A stretch of 64,000 bases of DNA, taken from Eledone cirrhosa. Taxonomy: Eukaryota. The translations under genes were made by a program, and so were the position numbers. How positions within the stretch are numbered: the first letter of the stretch is position 1; each line of letters opens with the position of its first letter. This document shows, piece by piece, positions 25,665-40,770 of the stretch. The notes beneath the pieces are model-generated. The model made no database searches. It had not been told where the DNA came from and saw only the letters and a program-made list of their open reading frames with translations. The stretch lies in NCBI GenBank assembly GCA_964016885.1, contig OZ024743.1, forward strand, positions 82,522,001 through 82,586,000, given 5' to 3'.

Positions 25665-26185
25665 ATAGTGTGTGAGAGAGAGTGTGGTATGTGGTGTGTG
25701 AGAGAGTGTGTGTGTGTGTGTGAGAGAGAGAGTGTGTGTGTGAGAGAGTGTGTGTGGTGTGTGAGAGAGTGTGTGTGTTGTGTGTGTGGTGTGTGAGAGA
25801 GAGTGTGTGTGGTGTGTGGTGTGAGAGAGTGTGTGTGTGGTGTGTGGTGTGTGAGAGAGAGAGGGTGTGTGTGATGTGTGAGAGAGAGTGTGTGTGGTGT
25901 GAGTGAGAGTGCGTGTGTGGTGTGAGTGAGAGTGCGTGTGTGGTTTGAGAGAGAGAGTGTGTGTGTGTGGTGTGTGAAAGAGAGAGAGTGTGTGGTGTGT
26001 GAGAGAGAGAGTGTGTGTGTGTGAGAGAGAGAGTGTATGTGTGCGTGTGTGTGAGAGAGAGAATATGTGTGTGTGAGAGAGTGTGTGTATATGTGGTGTG
26101 TGAGAGAGAGAGGGTGTTTGTAGTGAGAGAGAGTGTGTGTAGTGGGTAAGAGAGTGAGTGTGTGTGTGAGAGAGAGAGTGTGTGG
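25665..26185. repeat. Degenerate (GT)/(GA) compound microsatellite
   Basis: Direct reading. Confidence 0.9.
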
Positions 26186-27708
26186 AAGGGGTGATATTCC
26201 TTGACAGTAATAATTATCTGTAAGTTAGCTGCCAGATCTGGAGGTATCTTTTAAGACTTTCAACTAATTGGTGGGGAGGGGGAGATGGAAGAGGGGAGTG
26301 TGAGGCTAAGTTGGTCAGGTGATGGGCGGAGAAAGAGATAAAGGGATGGTGATAGAGAGAGGGACTCTGTGTAAGAGAGAGGGTGTGTGTGTAAGAGAGA
26401 GAGAGGGGGGTGACCGACAGCAAGAAAGAACCACCATATTTTCAAGAGAAAAGAAAGACACTCTCCTCTCAAAATATAAAAAATATTCTGAAATAATGGT
26501 TTCAACCAATTGGAGGACATGTCAGAAGGAGAGGATGTCTCCCTTTGTTGGTGGTGGTGGTGGTGGTGGTGGTGGTGGTAGGGTGGTGGTGCTGCTGGTG
26601 GTGGGGGTGCTGGTGGTGGTGGGACGTGTTGGTGTTGGTGCTGGTGTTTGGTTTGGTGTGGTAGGTGCTGGTGCTGGTGTTTGTTTTGGTGGTGGTGGTG
26701 GTGGGAGGTGCTGGTGGTGGTGGTTTTTGTGGTAGTGTTGCTGGGGATTTTGTTACGTTGATTCCGTATGGTGGAGACTTTAGCAGAGGGGAGAGGGAGA
26801 GGGGGAGAAGAAGTAAAGAAGAGAGAGAGGAGGTGGGAGGGGGAGAGGTAAGGAGTAAAGAAGAGAGAGGGGGAGAGAGGTAAGGAGTAAAGAAGAGAGA
26901 GTGGAGAGAGTAAAGGAAAATACAGAGGTAGGTGTCAAGAAGAGAACAACAACAACAGACGTGAAGAACATGAAGACTTTGATAAGAAGGAGTAGTAAGA
27001 GAAGATGGTGGTGGTGGGGAAGATGGCGTAGGTGGTAATGATGATGGAGGTGGTGGTGGTGGTGGTAATGATGATGGAGGTGGTGGTGGTGGTGGTAATG
27101 ATGATGGAGGTGGTGGTGGTGTTGCAGATGTTTGTGGTGGTGGTAATGATGATGGAGGTGGTGGTGTTCGGGATGGGGTGTTAGTGACAACAGCATGATT
27201 TGACAGATGGATTGAGAGATAAAGATGAAAGGAAAGAGATAATAAGTGAGATGTATTGATAAACTAGCACACACACTCACACACACACATACACATATAC
27301 GTGTGTGAGAGAGTGTGCGTGTGTTAAAGTATAGAATATTTTGTGATCTAAACTGTCTTACTTTCGTTCATGGAATAGGCACGTTACGGCAGAATATTAC
27401 TTTGTAACGTGTGTGTATATATATATAGTTTAATAAATGAACAGAGAACAAAAAACAGAGAGGTAGTACAAATGATATTAGTATTAGTTTCACGCTTGAG
27501 GGAAATTTCAGTCTCTCTCAGTTTTGCTGTCGGGCAGAGAATCAGGACACATGAATTATTATTATAGAATAGTTGTAAATAAATCGAAGACGGACAAAAG
27601 TGGATATTCGGTTGTGGGACTCGATCTTACTGCTGACTATATAACAGAAAGCTGTTATTAACGAAACGTACGTACCTGGTATAGTGCTGTTGTATTAACT
27701 GGCCTTAA

Positions 27709-27929
27709 CCCTTTACCATTCACATTACTCTATATACAATATTGTATTTTCCTGGTAAAGCTTTTACCTCACATAATTATTTCACATAATATCGAATCTA
27801 TGAAATTTTGATATTATTTATTTTAAGAACTATACCTTAACATCAGTATGAGTGGCCGGTTACAGCTTGTTTGAGCTGAAAGAGGTAAAATAATTCTGGC
27901 CAGATATGGCCGGTTTAAATGCTAAAGGG
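27709..27929. mobile_element. TTAA-flanked MITE (piggyBac-type termini)
   Basis: TTAA|ccctttaccatt ... aatgctaaaggg|TTAA; 12-bp TIR (11/12 match), TTAA duplication at 27705-27708 and 27930-27933. Confidence 0.8.
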
Positions 27930-28027
27930 TTAACAATTATTTTGAAACTCATCCTACGAACTTGAGTTGCTCTATAACTTGAATAGTTTTTACCTACCAA
28001 TTAGTAACACACACATACACACACACA

Positions 28028-28067
<40 letters not shown>

Positions 28068-28920
28068 CATAACTAAAAGCTTTTGCTGGAAATGCTGTAC
28101 ACTTTCAATTAGTTTTAATGTTTATTTCGGGTCAACCAATTCGCTGGTACGCCTTTATTAATCAAGTAAAAATATGTTTTTCTTTCATGGACAGCATTTA
28201 AGGATTATCTCCCTTTTAAAATTTAAATTATCTGCTGTTTTGTTTAAGATATAATATTATTAGTATAACTGATTTAAAAACAAACAAACAAAATTTAAGT
28301 TAATTTTTCTATCATCTAAGCAAGAGCAACATTTGTACAAAGGTGGGAAATGTAACGTAACTGGTTTTAACCCACTTTTCAAGTTAAATGTTCAACCAAA
28401 AATAAATAGAAATTTGTGAGTACGAAATGGTTTGTTTGAGTGGTCAGTAATTAATAAATGACATATTATTAGTTTTTCAAATTATAAATACCAAATATTG
28501 AGAGGTGTGTCAAATACACATTTCCTATGACCTCAAATTTTGTCTCTGAAAATTGTCTAATTTTAAAATTATCTCGGAACGTGAATAATTTACAGCATCT
28601 CAGTTGTAGCCTTTCGCTGAATTCAGCTGACGCCATCTTGCCACTCCGCCATTTTCGGCATGCAATCATTATAATTTCCTCACCACGCTCTATAAGATGG
28701 CGAATTGGCAGAGTCGTTGGAAGGCCGGGTTAAATACCTCGCTATATATGCAAACTCGAGGTCGGTAAATAAAGTACCAATCCAGTACTAGGGTAGATGC
28801 TTCCCCCATCTGTATATATCGCTTTCTCTCACTCTCTTTCCACTAGAAGAATTCAGCTGTGTTTAGAACTAGGAAGGAATGGTCTCCACCAGGTTTTGAA
28901 AATATATCCAATATACGCTA

Positions 28921-28971
<51 letters not shown>

Positions 28972-29106
28972 CTCTCTCTCTCTCTCTTTCTCCCCCTCTC
29001 CTCTTTCTTTATATATAATTAGTTCTCTCTTTTATTTTAGATCTTTTCTTTCTTCTCTATTTCTCTCCCCCCCCCCCCCTCTCTCTCTCTATATATATAT
29101 ATATAT

Positions 29107-29163
29107 GCCGGTGCCCCAGCATGGTCTCCTCAACCTATCGACTGGAACGCGTAATTCTGTAAT

Positions 29164-29164
<1 letters not shown>
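29107..29164 (+). mobile_element. Extreme 3' tip of a LINE/SINE in (TA)n
   Basis: cggtgccccagcatgg...actggaac..gtaattctgtaatt matches the 3' UTR end at 4064-4125. Confidence 0.55.
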
Positions 29165-29250
<86 letters not shown>

Positions 29251-29397
29251 CTGTGTGTGTGTGTGTGTGTGTGTGTCACTTAAATATTTTTTTCTTAATA
29301 AGCGGAAGATCGTTTGGTTTATTTCCGACAATATAAAAAGGTAAAGAGAATATAAAACAATAATAATTAGTATTTTCATTATTATTACTGCTATTGT

Positions 29398-29453
<56 letters not shown>

Positions 29454-30761
29454 ACTAGACGACAGGGGTGGGTGGTGTGTGGGAGAATGTGATGAGGGAC
29501 AAAAGAAAAACAACAAAAACAAAAACAAACAGCAATAATTAAGGAGGAAAAAATGAAGGGGAAAAAACAGAATTCCAGTCGGAGACAAAATGGAGGAAAA
29601 AGATAAACCAACAACAACAACAACAATAATAACAACACCAACAACATCAGCAGCAACAACAATAACAACAGCTGCAACAATAATAACAATAACAACAACT
29701 GGGGAAAAGAAAAAGAATTCTATTAGAGACAAAATAGAAAAATGTTAAACCAATAATAATTGTAATAATAACAGTAATAATAGTAATGGTAATAATTATT
29801 GTTGTTGTTGTTGTTGATATTGTTGTTGTTGTTGATATTGCTATTGTTACTGTTGTTGTTGTAACTGTTAATAACAATAAGAAAATGTAAAAAGAGGAGC
29901 AAAAATAATAAAGATGTTAAATGGATGGTGTGGTGGTGTTGGTGGTGTTGTGGTGTGGTATGGTGTTGGTGGTGGGGTGTTAATGGAGTGGCGATGTGGT
30001 GGTAGTGGTCGTGTGGTTCGAGGGGTGGTGTTGTGTTGGTGGTGGGATGGTGTCGATGTTGAAGGAGAAGAAATTCTACCAAAAAAGAAACATACAAGAA
30101 GCAAATATTTCCGATGTTAAAATTCTGGCGAGTTTAGTTTTATTTAGTTTTATTGAGATTAGCTTTAGTGGTTAGTGTTTTATAGTTGTGTCTTTTTGTT
30201 GTTGTTGTTGTTGTTGTTCATTATCCCCCCCCCCCCTTTTTACCGTTTCTTGTATTTTTTCCTTCTCAGATTTTATTTCGTTATTTGTTTGTTTTGTTAT
30301 TGGTCTCTGTCCGAGTGTGTGTGTGTGTGTGTGTATGTGAGTGTGTCTGTGAGTGTGTGTGTGCGCGTTGGTATGTATGTGTGTGCCTGTGTGTTGGTAT
30401 GTATGCGTTTATGTATGTTTGTGTGTCTGTGAGTGTGTGTCTGTGTGCTGGTATGTATGTATTTATGTATGTTTGTGTGTCTGTGTATATGTGTATTTAT
30501 TTATTTCGGTTCTTGTTGTTTCATGTTTTTGTTGTTGTTGTTATAGTTGTTGTTGTTGTTGTTCTTGTTACGGTTGTTGTTGTTGTTATAGCTGTTGTTG
30601 TTGTTCTTCCTGTTATAGTTGTTGTAGTTCTGGTTATTTTTTAGCCCTTTATGATATTAAGCATGAAAACAGGAAGAGCCGTAAGCGACTCACTGATACA
30701 GTCAAGCATTCGTAGCGAGGAACCAGATGGGAAGGTGTATATATATCTATATATATCTATC

Positions 30762-30794
<33 letters not shown>

Positions 30795-31589
30795 ATATAT
30801 ATAATGTGCGTGTGTGTGTACTCATATAGAAGCATACATTTATACACATATCTAATATATATATACTTTACACGTGAGCTTACATACATACACACACACA
30901 CAGACACACATATATAAATATGGGGGCGGGGGTACAGTAGACTGATGCCTTGACTAAGTATATATGTTTGTGTTGGTCGTGTATAGGCTGAGGGCAGATT
31001 ACCAAATCCGTGTTTGTGTTGGGCCCGCGTTGTATTAGAGGTACTGTCCATCTTATCCTATAGTGTATGTGGCTGAATATTGCACAGAGACGTGTACCTT
31101 TAAAGTAATTCTCAGGGAGATTCAGTGTGATATATGTATAAGGTACATTCAACCCGACAGACTTCCATACAATTTTTGCTTTACTAGATTAAACAATGTT
31201 TAGGTCAACCTATGGTCAATAACTCGAACCCGAGATCTTATGATTGCAAACCAAAAGTTGGAACCTTTGGTCATAACTATGCTGCATCAACCAATAAATT
31301 TAGTAACCTACCGTTGGATACCTCTAATTAGTAAAACTCAAGTAATTATCTTAATTAGTTGACTGGGAACAGACAGATCTAATGAGAAACGACAGAAGGA
31401 AGACAGACGTTTCGTGTAGGCTTGGATTTCGTCATTGTATGTCGCCAAATCTTTGCATTTTTGGAGCTTAATGAATATATAGGTGCATGTACAGGCACAG
31501 ATGCATGCGTGCAGCTTTATATAAATGTGCATTCTATTGTTATTCTTCTGTATCCTTTATCCTCTTCATCCTCTGTTTCTTGCTGCTGC

Positions 31590-31630
<41 letters not shown>

Positions 31631-31927
31631 ATGGTGTTGTTGTTGTTGCGTGTTTGCCTGTGTGGATATGCGTGCTTGTGTACATACGGTCTTTTGTAAA
31701 ACTCACCGACTTTCGAGAGAGATTGAGAGAAAGAGAGAGATAGAGAGAGATAGAAGAATACGATATGAGATTTCTAGATAATCTGTCCTCTATATATACA
31801 ATGATGTACTAAATATGTCTGTCTGTCTGTCGTAAATATGATGGCTTTGTCCGGAGTTAGTCAACTGAACATCATAATGGACTGTCGTGCTGGTTGTTGA
31901 TGTTGTTAATTAGTACCACTTTATATA

Positions 31928-32012
<85 letters not shown>

Positions 32013-32533
32013 CATACATACATACATACACACACATATATATATATATATATATATGCATTTGTATGTATTATTTTCTGTGCTCATATGGTTCATGTTT
32101 AACGATTCTTGCGTATCCATGTATCCATTAATTTGTGCGTGTATATATATATGTGTGCATATATATATATATATGTGTGTGTGTGATCATGTAAATACCA
32201 GGTAAATATAAAGCCCCACCCCTTTCCCTGCACCTCATCACGTGATATATTGCTTTGCCATAACATTACATCTTTCATCTGCCAACCTAATTTTCTCAAA
32301 AAATGTCCATGAGAACCTGAGCTGAAGCGAAAAAAATAAGTGAATCAGTTAAAAGTAAGCATTTCTATATTGGATGTTTGCTAGATTGAAAACGAGGCTT
32401 TCCCGTCTCAATTTCTTGATCAATCAACACAGAGCAATTAATTCAAAATACGCCATTATTACAGCGCTATCTACTGGACAACAACCATACTATTATTGCT
32501 AATGATTCACACACATACAAACAAACACACACA

Positions 32534-32610
<77 letters not shown>

Positions 32611-32737
32611 GGGATACAGACATACACACACGTGTGCATATATGTAAAATAACACACACACACACACACACACAATATATATATATATATATATATGTAT
32701 ATAGGGATACAGACATACACACACGTGTGCATATATG

Positions 32738-32771
<34 letters not shown>

Positions 32772-32853
32772 ATATATATATATATATATGTATATAGGGA
32801 TACAGACATACACACACGTGTGCATATATGTAAAATATATATACATATAAAGA

Positions 32854-32893
<40 letters not shown>

Positions 32894-32972
32894 AGTCTGC
32901 AGTGCAGCGATCGAGGAATACACAAACCGAAACCACTTGGCGTCTCGGTCGGGAGTTTACGTATGTGTGCGA

Positions 32973-33035
<63 letters not shown>

Positions 33036-33038
<3 letters not shown>

Positions 33039-33336
33039 TATCAGTATACACTGTACGGGAGCCTCCCAAAACTCAGCTCCAAAGTAGCATAGAGGACACT
33101 GATGTTAGCTGGACATGCTGACCGACATTCAGAGTTGACACTGCACTCAATGTTCCTGTGACAACCCCTACACGGAGACACCAGAAGAGGATACCGAGTT
33201 TGACATATATTGATGCCCTAACAACAGACACTGGTCTCTGTGAGACACAGGACATGGCGGTGATGATGAAGGGCAGGGATTGCTGGAAAGAACTCGTCCG
33301 TGGATCTCGGCAATTTTACCCGTCCTAGATCGAGAT
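33036..33336 (+). mobile_element. Decayed RTE-clade LINE ORF C-terminus
   Basis: LYGSLPKLSSKVA*RTLMLAGHADRHSEL...QPLHGDTRRG/PSLTYIDALTTDTGL...MKGRDCWKELV, with stops and a frameshift. Confidence 0.75.
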
Positions 33337-33501
33337 ATACAACAGTTATTGTTGTTGTTCTAAATGCCTCTTTTAATATAGTCACCATTCCTATTAACAA
33401 TTAAATCTAATATTCCTATAGTTTGTCACACATACACTGGACTGTGCTTTCTATTGTTTCCTTATTTCACTTCCACACAATAAATAACATATATAACATC
33501 T

Positions 33502-33569
<68 letters not shown>

Positions 33570-33701
33570 CCCTCTCTCTCTAATGTCTAATCTGTCTTGA
33601 ATATTTCACTCCACCTCATCTCCATATATCAAACACCACCACCACCATTATCAATATAACACTCTTACACCTACCACCACCATTATCAAATATTATTACA
33701 G

Positions 33702-33735
<34 letters not shown>

Positions 33736-34394
33736 CACTACCACCTTCACACCTACCACTACCATTACACCTACCACCACCACCAACACTACCATCACAT
33801 CTACTACCACCACTACATTCGCATCTACTACCACCACTATGTTCACACCCACCTCCACTATTACCACCACCACTACAATCTTACTAGACTCTACAACATT
33901 ACCCTTCCATCTACAACAGTTGACCATTGACATAAATATATATTATTGTCAGCTGGTCACTTTCAGCTATGTCATCTTACAACGTGACAGTGAGAGAAGA
34001 AGACGAGAGTTTGTGTGAGACATCCCCTTTCCCTTTCTCTTCTTACTCCTCATCTTCATCTGTCTTGTCACTGCTTACAATGAGTTATGTCCCCCCAGGG
34101 CAGACGCTACTGAGTCATGGATTAACTCCCCTTTCAAATGATATATTACACTGGCGGCCATTTTATCACGCCTCAGTCTATATTATTTTTATATGTTATG
34201 TTATATTACATAAACATTATGTTAGTTAAGATGTGTTGACTAGTGTCGAGGGTGTTGAATTCATGATTACAAGGTGGTGGGATCGATTCCTGGATTGGTG
34301 TGTTGTGTTTCTGAGCAAGGCACTGCATTTCATAAACCCATGATTCTTATCATTAAAACACACAACAAACCTTCTATGCATTCTTGAGTTTTAT

Positions 34395-34686
34395 GCACAA
34401 GGCCAGCAATTATCTCAGTGTATTACTGGTACTTTATTTTATCGACCCCGTAAGAATAAAAGGCAAAGTTAACCTCGGGATTTGAACTCAGATCATAAAG
34501 TGCAGTAACTCTATGCTACAAAGCATGGCGTCCGACTCTCTACCGATATTGCCAATCCAACGCCTTTATATCAAATAATAATTGTTTCTACTTTTGGCAC
34601 AAGGCCAGCAATTACCCAGTACATTACTGGTACTTTATTTTATCGACCCCGTAAGGATGAAAGGCAAAGTTGACCTCGGCGGGATT
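34395..34686 (-). mobile_element. Two tandem Meta-domain SINEs (young subfamily)
   Basis: Reverse complements of the 45003-45193 type at 34395-34565 and 34581-34686. Confidence 0.85.
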
Positions 34687-35148
34687 TTAATAATATCCGA
34701 TTCGTTTGCAAGCAAACAGTCTCACAACGCTATGTTTTTTGACAACTATCGTCATCCTTTTGTTCTAGCGGTGAGAGAATATTGTTTCTGGGTTATTGCC
34801 CTTTGTCAATTTTGTGTATCTTTCTCCTGTCACTCACAATTCTTGAGAATATATAGTATTCTCTAAAGCATTCATCGGTTGATTAGCCTAATTTGCAAAC
34901 CGAGCGATTTTACGGCTGGCTTTGCCGAAAATTAAAAATAAAATTAGTTTCGCATGCAATCTCATTGAAGGCCAGCCACACCTGCATAGGTGTGAGCTTT
35001 AATAACAACATACTTAGGTGTGTATGTGTATGTGTGTGTGTGTGTACGTGTGTGTGTATGTGTGCTATGACTAACCCCCAAGAATTGCCTATAATATAAA
35101 ACCTTGTAGATCAGCCAAACCTGCATAAGTGTGAGCTATAACAACAAC

Positions 35149-35197
<49 letters not shown>

Positions 35198-35341
35198 ACA
35201 ACTACTCCCTCCCATAATTATAAACCGCAACAACCACCCATACTATGAAACCTTGTCAATTAGCTAACCTGCAAGGATGTGAGCTGTAAATTTCATTGTT
35301 TCATAATAATACACATTATATTATATCATATAATATATTAA

Positions 35342-35532
35342 AGGGTGGTGGATTGCCAGTATCGGTAGAGGTCGGTCACCATGCTTTTCAGCAAAGAGTT
35401 ACGGTCCTTTATAGTCTGAGTTCAAATCCCGTCGAGGTTAACTTTGCCTTTCATCCTTACGGGGGTCGATAAAATAAAGTACCAGTAATGTACTGGGTTA
35501 TTGCTGGCCTTGTGCCAAAAGTAGAAACAATT
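35342..35532 (+). mobile_element. Full-length Meta-domain SINE
   Basis: gggtggtggattgccagtatcggtagag head, gagttcaaatccc B-box, Meta core, tail gtagaaacaatt. Confidence 0.88.
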
Positions 35533-35749
35533 ATATCATATATTATATTTTGAGGGTAAAGGCGATGGATTAATGAATCGTTAGATCACGGGTTCAGTTC
35601 TTCAATGAGTCAGCATATTGTGTTTTTCAACAAAATACTTTATTTCATATTGTTCCTTCTAATCAGACATTTGACCGACAAACAATGGAAAGACAATAGA
35701 AACCTTCTTCCCTTCGATCTCTTGATTGCCTCCTTCTTTTATTTAAAAC

Positions 35750-36465
35750 TATATAATATATCTTATGTACTATATTATACATCTTATGTATTATATTATA
35801 CATCTTATGTACTATATTATATATCTTATGTATAATATTATACATCTTATGTATAATATTATACATCTTATGTATAATATAATACATCTTATGTATAATA
35901 TTATACATCTTATGTACTATATTATATATCTTATGTATAATATTATACATCTTATGTATAATATTATATATCTTATGTATTATATTATACATCTTATGTA
36001 TTGTATTATACATCTTATGTATATATTATACATTTTATGTATTATATTATATACCTTATGTATAATATTATATATCTTATGTATATTATACTATACATCT
36101 TATGTATTATATTATACATCTTATGTATTATATTATATATTTTATGTATTATATTATATACCTTATGTATTATATCATATATCTTATGTATTATATATCT
36201 TATGTATTATATTATACATCGTATGTATTATATTATATACCTTATGTATTATATTATATATCTTATGTATAATATTATATACCTTATGTATAATATTATA
36301 TATCTTATGTATTATATTATACATCTTATGTATTATATACCTTGTGTATTGTATTATATATCTTATGTATTATATTATATACCTTGTGTATTATATTATA
36401 CATCTTATGTACTATATTATACATCTTATGTATAATATTATACATCTTATATATTGTATTATATA
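35750..36465. repeat. 21-bp AT-rich minisatellite (tattatacatcttatgtataa)
   Basis: Direct reading; explains the MYNIIHL-type ORFs. Confidence 0.93.
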
Positions 36466-36574
36466 TATTGGTACCTGGTGTGGTTAGCTATAGTCTCAGA
36501 TTGACCAATATCTTGAGAGGGAAATTTGATTTATGGAATCCCCAAGAAGCCCATCGCATGTGAATGTGTGAGAA

Positions 36575-37172
36575 AACGTGTGTCTATCTGTGTGTGTCTG
36601 CCTATGTGTGTGTGTCTGTCTGTTTGTCCTTGTGTGTATGAGTATATATATGTATGTGTGTGTGTGCCTGCCTATGTGTGTGTCTGTCTGTCCTTGTGTG
36701 TATGTTTATCTGTGTGTGTGTGTGTGTGTGTCTGTCTGTTTGTCCTTGTGTGTATGTGTATCTATCTGTGTGTGTGTGTCTGCCTATGTGTCCGTCTGTT
36801 AGTGCTTGTGTGTATGTGTATTTATCTGTGTGTGTGTGTGTGTCTGCCTATGTGTGTGTGTCCGTCTGTTTGTCCTTGTGTGTATGTGTATCTGTGTGCG
36901 TGTGTGTGTCTGCCTATGTGTGTGTGTCCGTCTGTTTGTCCTTGTGTGTATGTGTGTGTGTCCGTCTGTTTGTCCTTGTGTGTATGTGTGTGTGTGTGTG
37001 TCTGCCTATGTGTGTGTGTCCGTCTGTTTGTCCTTGTGTGTATGTGTGTATGTGTGTGACTATGTGTGTGTCCCCGACTGTTTGTCCTTGTGTGTATGTG
37101 TATCTATCTGTATGTGTATGTGTATCTATCTGTGTGTCTGTGTATGTGTGTCTGTCTATATGTGTGTGTGTT
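36575..37172. repeat. (TG)-based minisatellite (tctgcctatg...tccgtctgtttgtccttg)
   Basis: Direct reading. Confidence 0.85.
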
Positions 37173-37678
37173 TCTATATTCAGTAGAAAATATCCGCTAT
37201 ATTTCAGTCAACTTGCCTCACAAAGGGTTCATTACAACCCACCGTATTTTCTTTATGTACAAGCGAGGTGTAAGAATGGCTGTGTGGTTAAGGAGTTTAG
37301 CTTTCGAACCATGGTTGGGGAAAGAAAGACGGTTGATTATGCTCGTTCAGGGCAACGTGACGTTAAAAAACTAGGAAAACAACAACTACATCATCGACTA
37401 CAATGTCATATGTCGTATATATGTCAACGAACATTCAGTAAAAATGATTTGCTGACCAACAAACATAGCCGAAAGAGTGGGGAGGGCAAAGGGAGGTAAG
37501 TCAGTGTAAGTTCAAGGGTAACTTAAATAAAGGCGGGAACTTCCATCTCACCATTCTCTCTTCCTTCTTTCTCACCTTTTCTTCCGGTATGTTATTTTTT
37601 TCTCCTTTCCTTCTTCATTCCCTTCCTTCTCTCTTGATCTCCACACTATGTATATAACTGTTATATTTATACACATAC

Positions 37679-37730
<52 letters not shown>

Positions 37731-37743
37731 GTGTATGTATATA

Positions 37744-37801
<58 letters not shown>

Positions 37802-37806
37802 TATAC

Positions 37807-37850
<44 letters not shown>

Positions 37851-37855
37851 GTGTA

Positions 37856-37887
<32 letters not shown>

Positions 37888-37888
37888 C

Positions 37889-37980
<92 letters not shown>

Positions 37981-38159
37981 CAGCTATAGATATATGTAAA
38001 TATATATATATACAGTTTGTATCAGTGTGCGTATGTATGTGTATGTATGTGTGTGTAAGATGAGCTGCAGCTGTATGTATGTATGTGTGTGTGTGTGTGT
38101 GTGTCTTGGTTTCTATTTATTTTATTATCTATCCTATCTCCCTCTCACTCGCCACTCTC

Positions 38160-38855
38160 CACCACCACACCGGCACTACCGTCGCCACCACCACCACCCC
38201 CACCACTACCACTATACCCCCCCCCCACCACCACCATACCACCACCACTACCACTATACCACCACCACCACCATACCAACCACCACTACCACTATACCAC
38301 CACCACCACCACTACCACTATACCACCACCACCACTACCACTATACCACCACTACCACTATACCACCACCACCACTACCACTATACCACCACCACCACTA
38401 CCACTATACCACCACCACCACCACTACCACTATACCACCACCACCACTACCACTATACCACCACCACCACCACTACCACTATACCACCACCACCACTACC
38501 ACTATACCACCACCACCACCACTACCACTATACCACCACCACCACTACCACTATACCACCACTACCACTATACCACCACCACCACTACCACTATACCACC
38601 ACCACCACTACCACTATACCACCACCACCACTACCACTATACCACCACCACCACCACTATACCACCACCACCACTACCACTATACCACCACCACCACTAC
38701 CACTATACCACCACCACCACCACTACCACTATACCACCACCACCACTACCACTATACCACCACTACCACTATACCACCACCACCACTACCACTATACCAC
38801 CACCACCACTACCACTATACCACCACCACCACCACCACCACCACTACCACTATAC
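38160..38855. repeat. (ACC)n-derived minisatellite with accactat units
   Basis: Direct reading. Confidence 0.93.
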
Positions 38856-38987
38856 ACTGCAGTCCTTTGTTCCTCTCCCGGGAGGAAGTAAATCATATCC
38901 CAGCTTAACAAACTCGTCATTAATGTGTCAACCAATTAAATATGCATGTATCTAATGAGTTACACACACACACACACACTGAACATG

Positions 38988-39025
<38 letters not shown>

Positions 39026-39525
39026 TCCCACCTGATTAGGACGAGGACGATGGTGACCATTACCACCACCGCCACCACCATCACTACAATCGCCACCACC
39101 ATCACTACAATCACCACCACCATCGCCACCACCATCACCACCATCACTACAATCACCACAACCACCACCATCGTCACCACCATCACTATAATTACCACAA
39201 CCACCACCATCACTACATTCACCACAACCACCACTACCTACAACCACCATCACTACAACCACTACCACCATCACCACCGCCATCACTACAATCACCACAC
39301 CACCGCCATCACTACAATCACCACACCACCACCACCATCGCCACCACCATCATATCTAGAACGAAGACAGTGATGATGAGGAAGGGGAGTATCTTACACA
39401 GGAATAGATAAATAAATATATTTACAAAATGGCGAATGCAAAAGAAAAGACAACTTGTTTATTTTGTGTTTCCTTTTTGATCTATCTCTCTCTCTCTCTC
39501 TTTCTTCTATTATTTCTCTCTCTCA

Positions 39526-39569
<44 letters not shown>

Positions 39570-39603
39570 CATATATATTTATATATATATACATATATAT
39601 ATA

Positions 39604-39799
39604 TAACGAAGGAAGGGTGGTAAGGAACCAGGTGGACCATAACGCACCAGAATACTCAATACTTTTGGTAGTAGAGTGGGTAATAGGAAAAGGTTGAAGA
39701 CGCCGATGGCAGAATTCAAGCTGTTTCGACGGCTATTTCTGGAGTCCAGAAATAGCCGTCGAAACGGCTTGATCTCTGCCGTTGGGGTCTTGAACATTT

Positions 39800-39803
<4 letters not shown>
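39604..39803 (-). mobile_element. PLE-type family X fold-back module
   Basis: Palindrome centred at 39744 (ttctggagtccagaa); TA tracts on both sides. Confidence 0.8.
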
Positions 39804-39842
<39 letters not shown>

Positions 39843-40071
39843 AAAATAATGAATAAAACAAAGAAACAGTTCCTTATATTAAACAAAAAAAAAAAAAAAA
39901 AAAAAGGAACTGTTTCTTTGTTTTATTCATTATTTTTTTAATATTTTATCTTGACTCTGTATTCCGTTTATCTTTCACCGAAAGTGATTTTTCATGATAT
40001 CCGGATTACATTGAGTTCTTCATACGGATTGGACACTACCGTAAACTTTTGGTAGATTTATCTACATATAT

Positions 40072-40152
<81 letters not shown>

Positions 40153-40158
<6 letters not shown>

Positions 40159-40770
40159 TGAATATAAAAGAAAGACGAACACAGATATATACATATATGT
40201 GTTCAAATCGTAAGGTACCAGATTCGCTAAGGTGAACAGAAGACTAACTATAGACAATAGGGTTTGTCAGACTCAATTTAAGAATAAATCAAGAAAATAA
40301 ATACAAACTGAAATTGTGGTAACTACCAATCAGCCAGACAGCTTTTGGTACTGCTGTTTCGCAATTGTGAATAGGAATGCCAATTCTTGCTCATCAGTGG
40401 ATGAAGAATTAGTATCCTAGACACTTCTAAGTATATTAAGCAACTGAATAGTGTGCGTATATATAACAACGCGCATGGTATCTGAAGTTAGCGCGTCTCA
40501 CAAACTTACACCGCTAAAAATAGCAGCCAGGTTTACTCGACATTTGAATTAGCTCAACAAATTAACGGAGCCGAATATATCAAAGGTATATATTGAGTTA
40601 GAAACTCAAAATAGTCTCTTACAATAAAATAGCTCTAGGAAAGAGATTTTTCCGAGCCGTGTATTGTAATTGAATATAAAAGAAAGACGAACACAGATAT
40701 ACATATATGTGTTCAAATCGTAAGGGACCAGATTCGCTAAGGTGAAAAGAATACTAACTATAGACAATAT
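40153..40770 (-). mobile_element. PLE-type tandem termini with hammerhead motif at 40349-40397
   Basis: Minus strand CTGATGA-GCAAGAATTG...CAATTGC-GAAA-CAGCAG-TA; direct repeat of about 100 bp at 40156-40258 and 40668-40768. Confidence 0.6.

Noticed and set aside
26895-26972. Signal-peptide-like MFFTSVVVVLFLTPTSVFS on the minus strand
   Set aside because: Embedded in low-complexity purine-rich DNA; no donor or downstream exon
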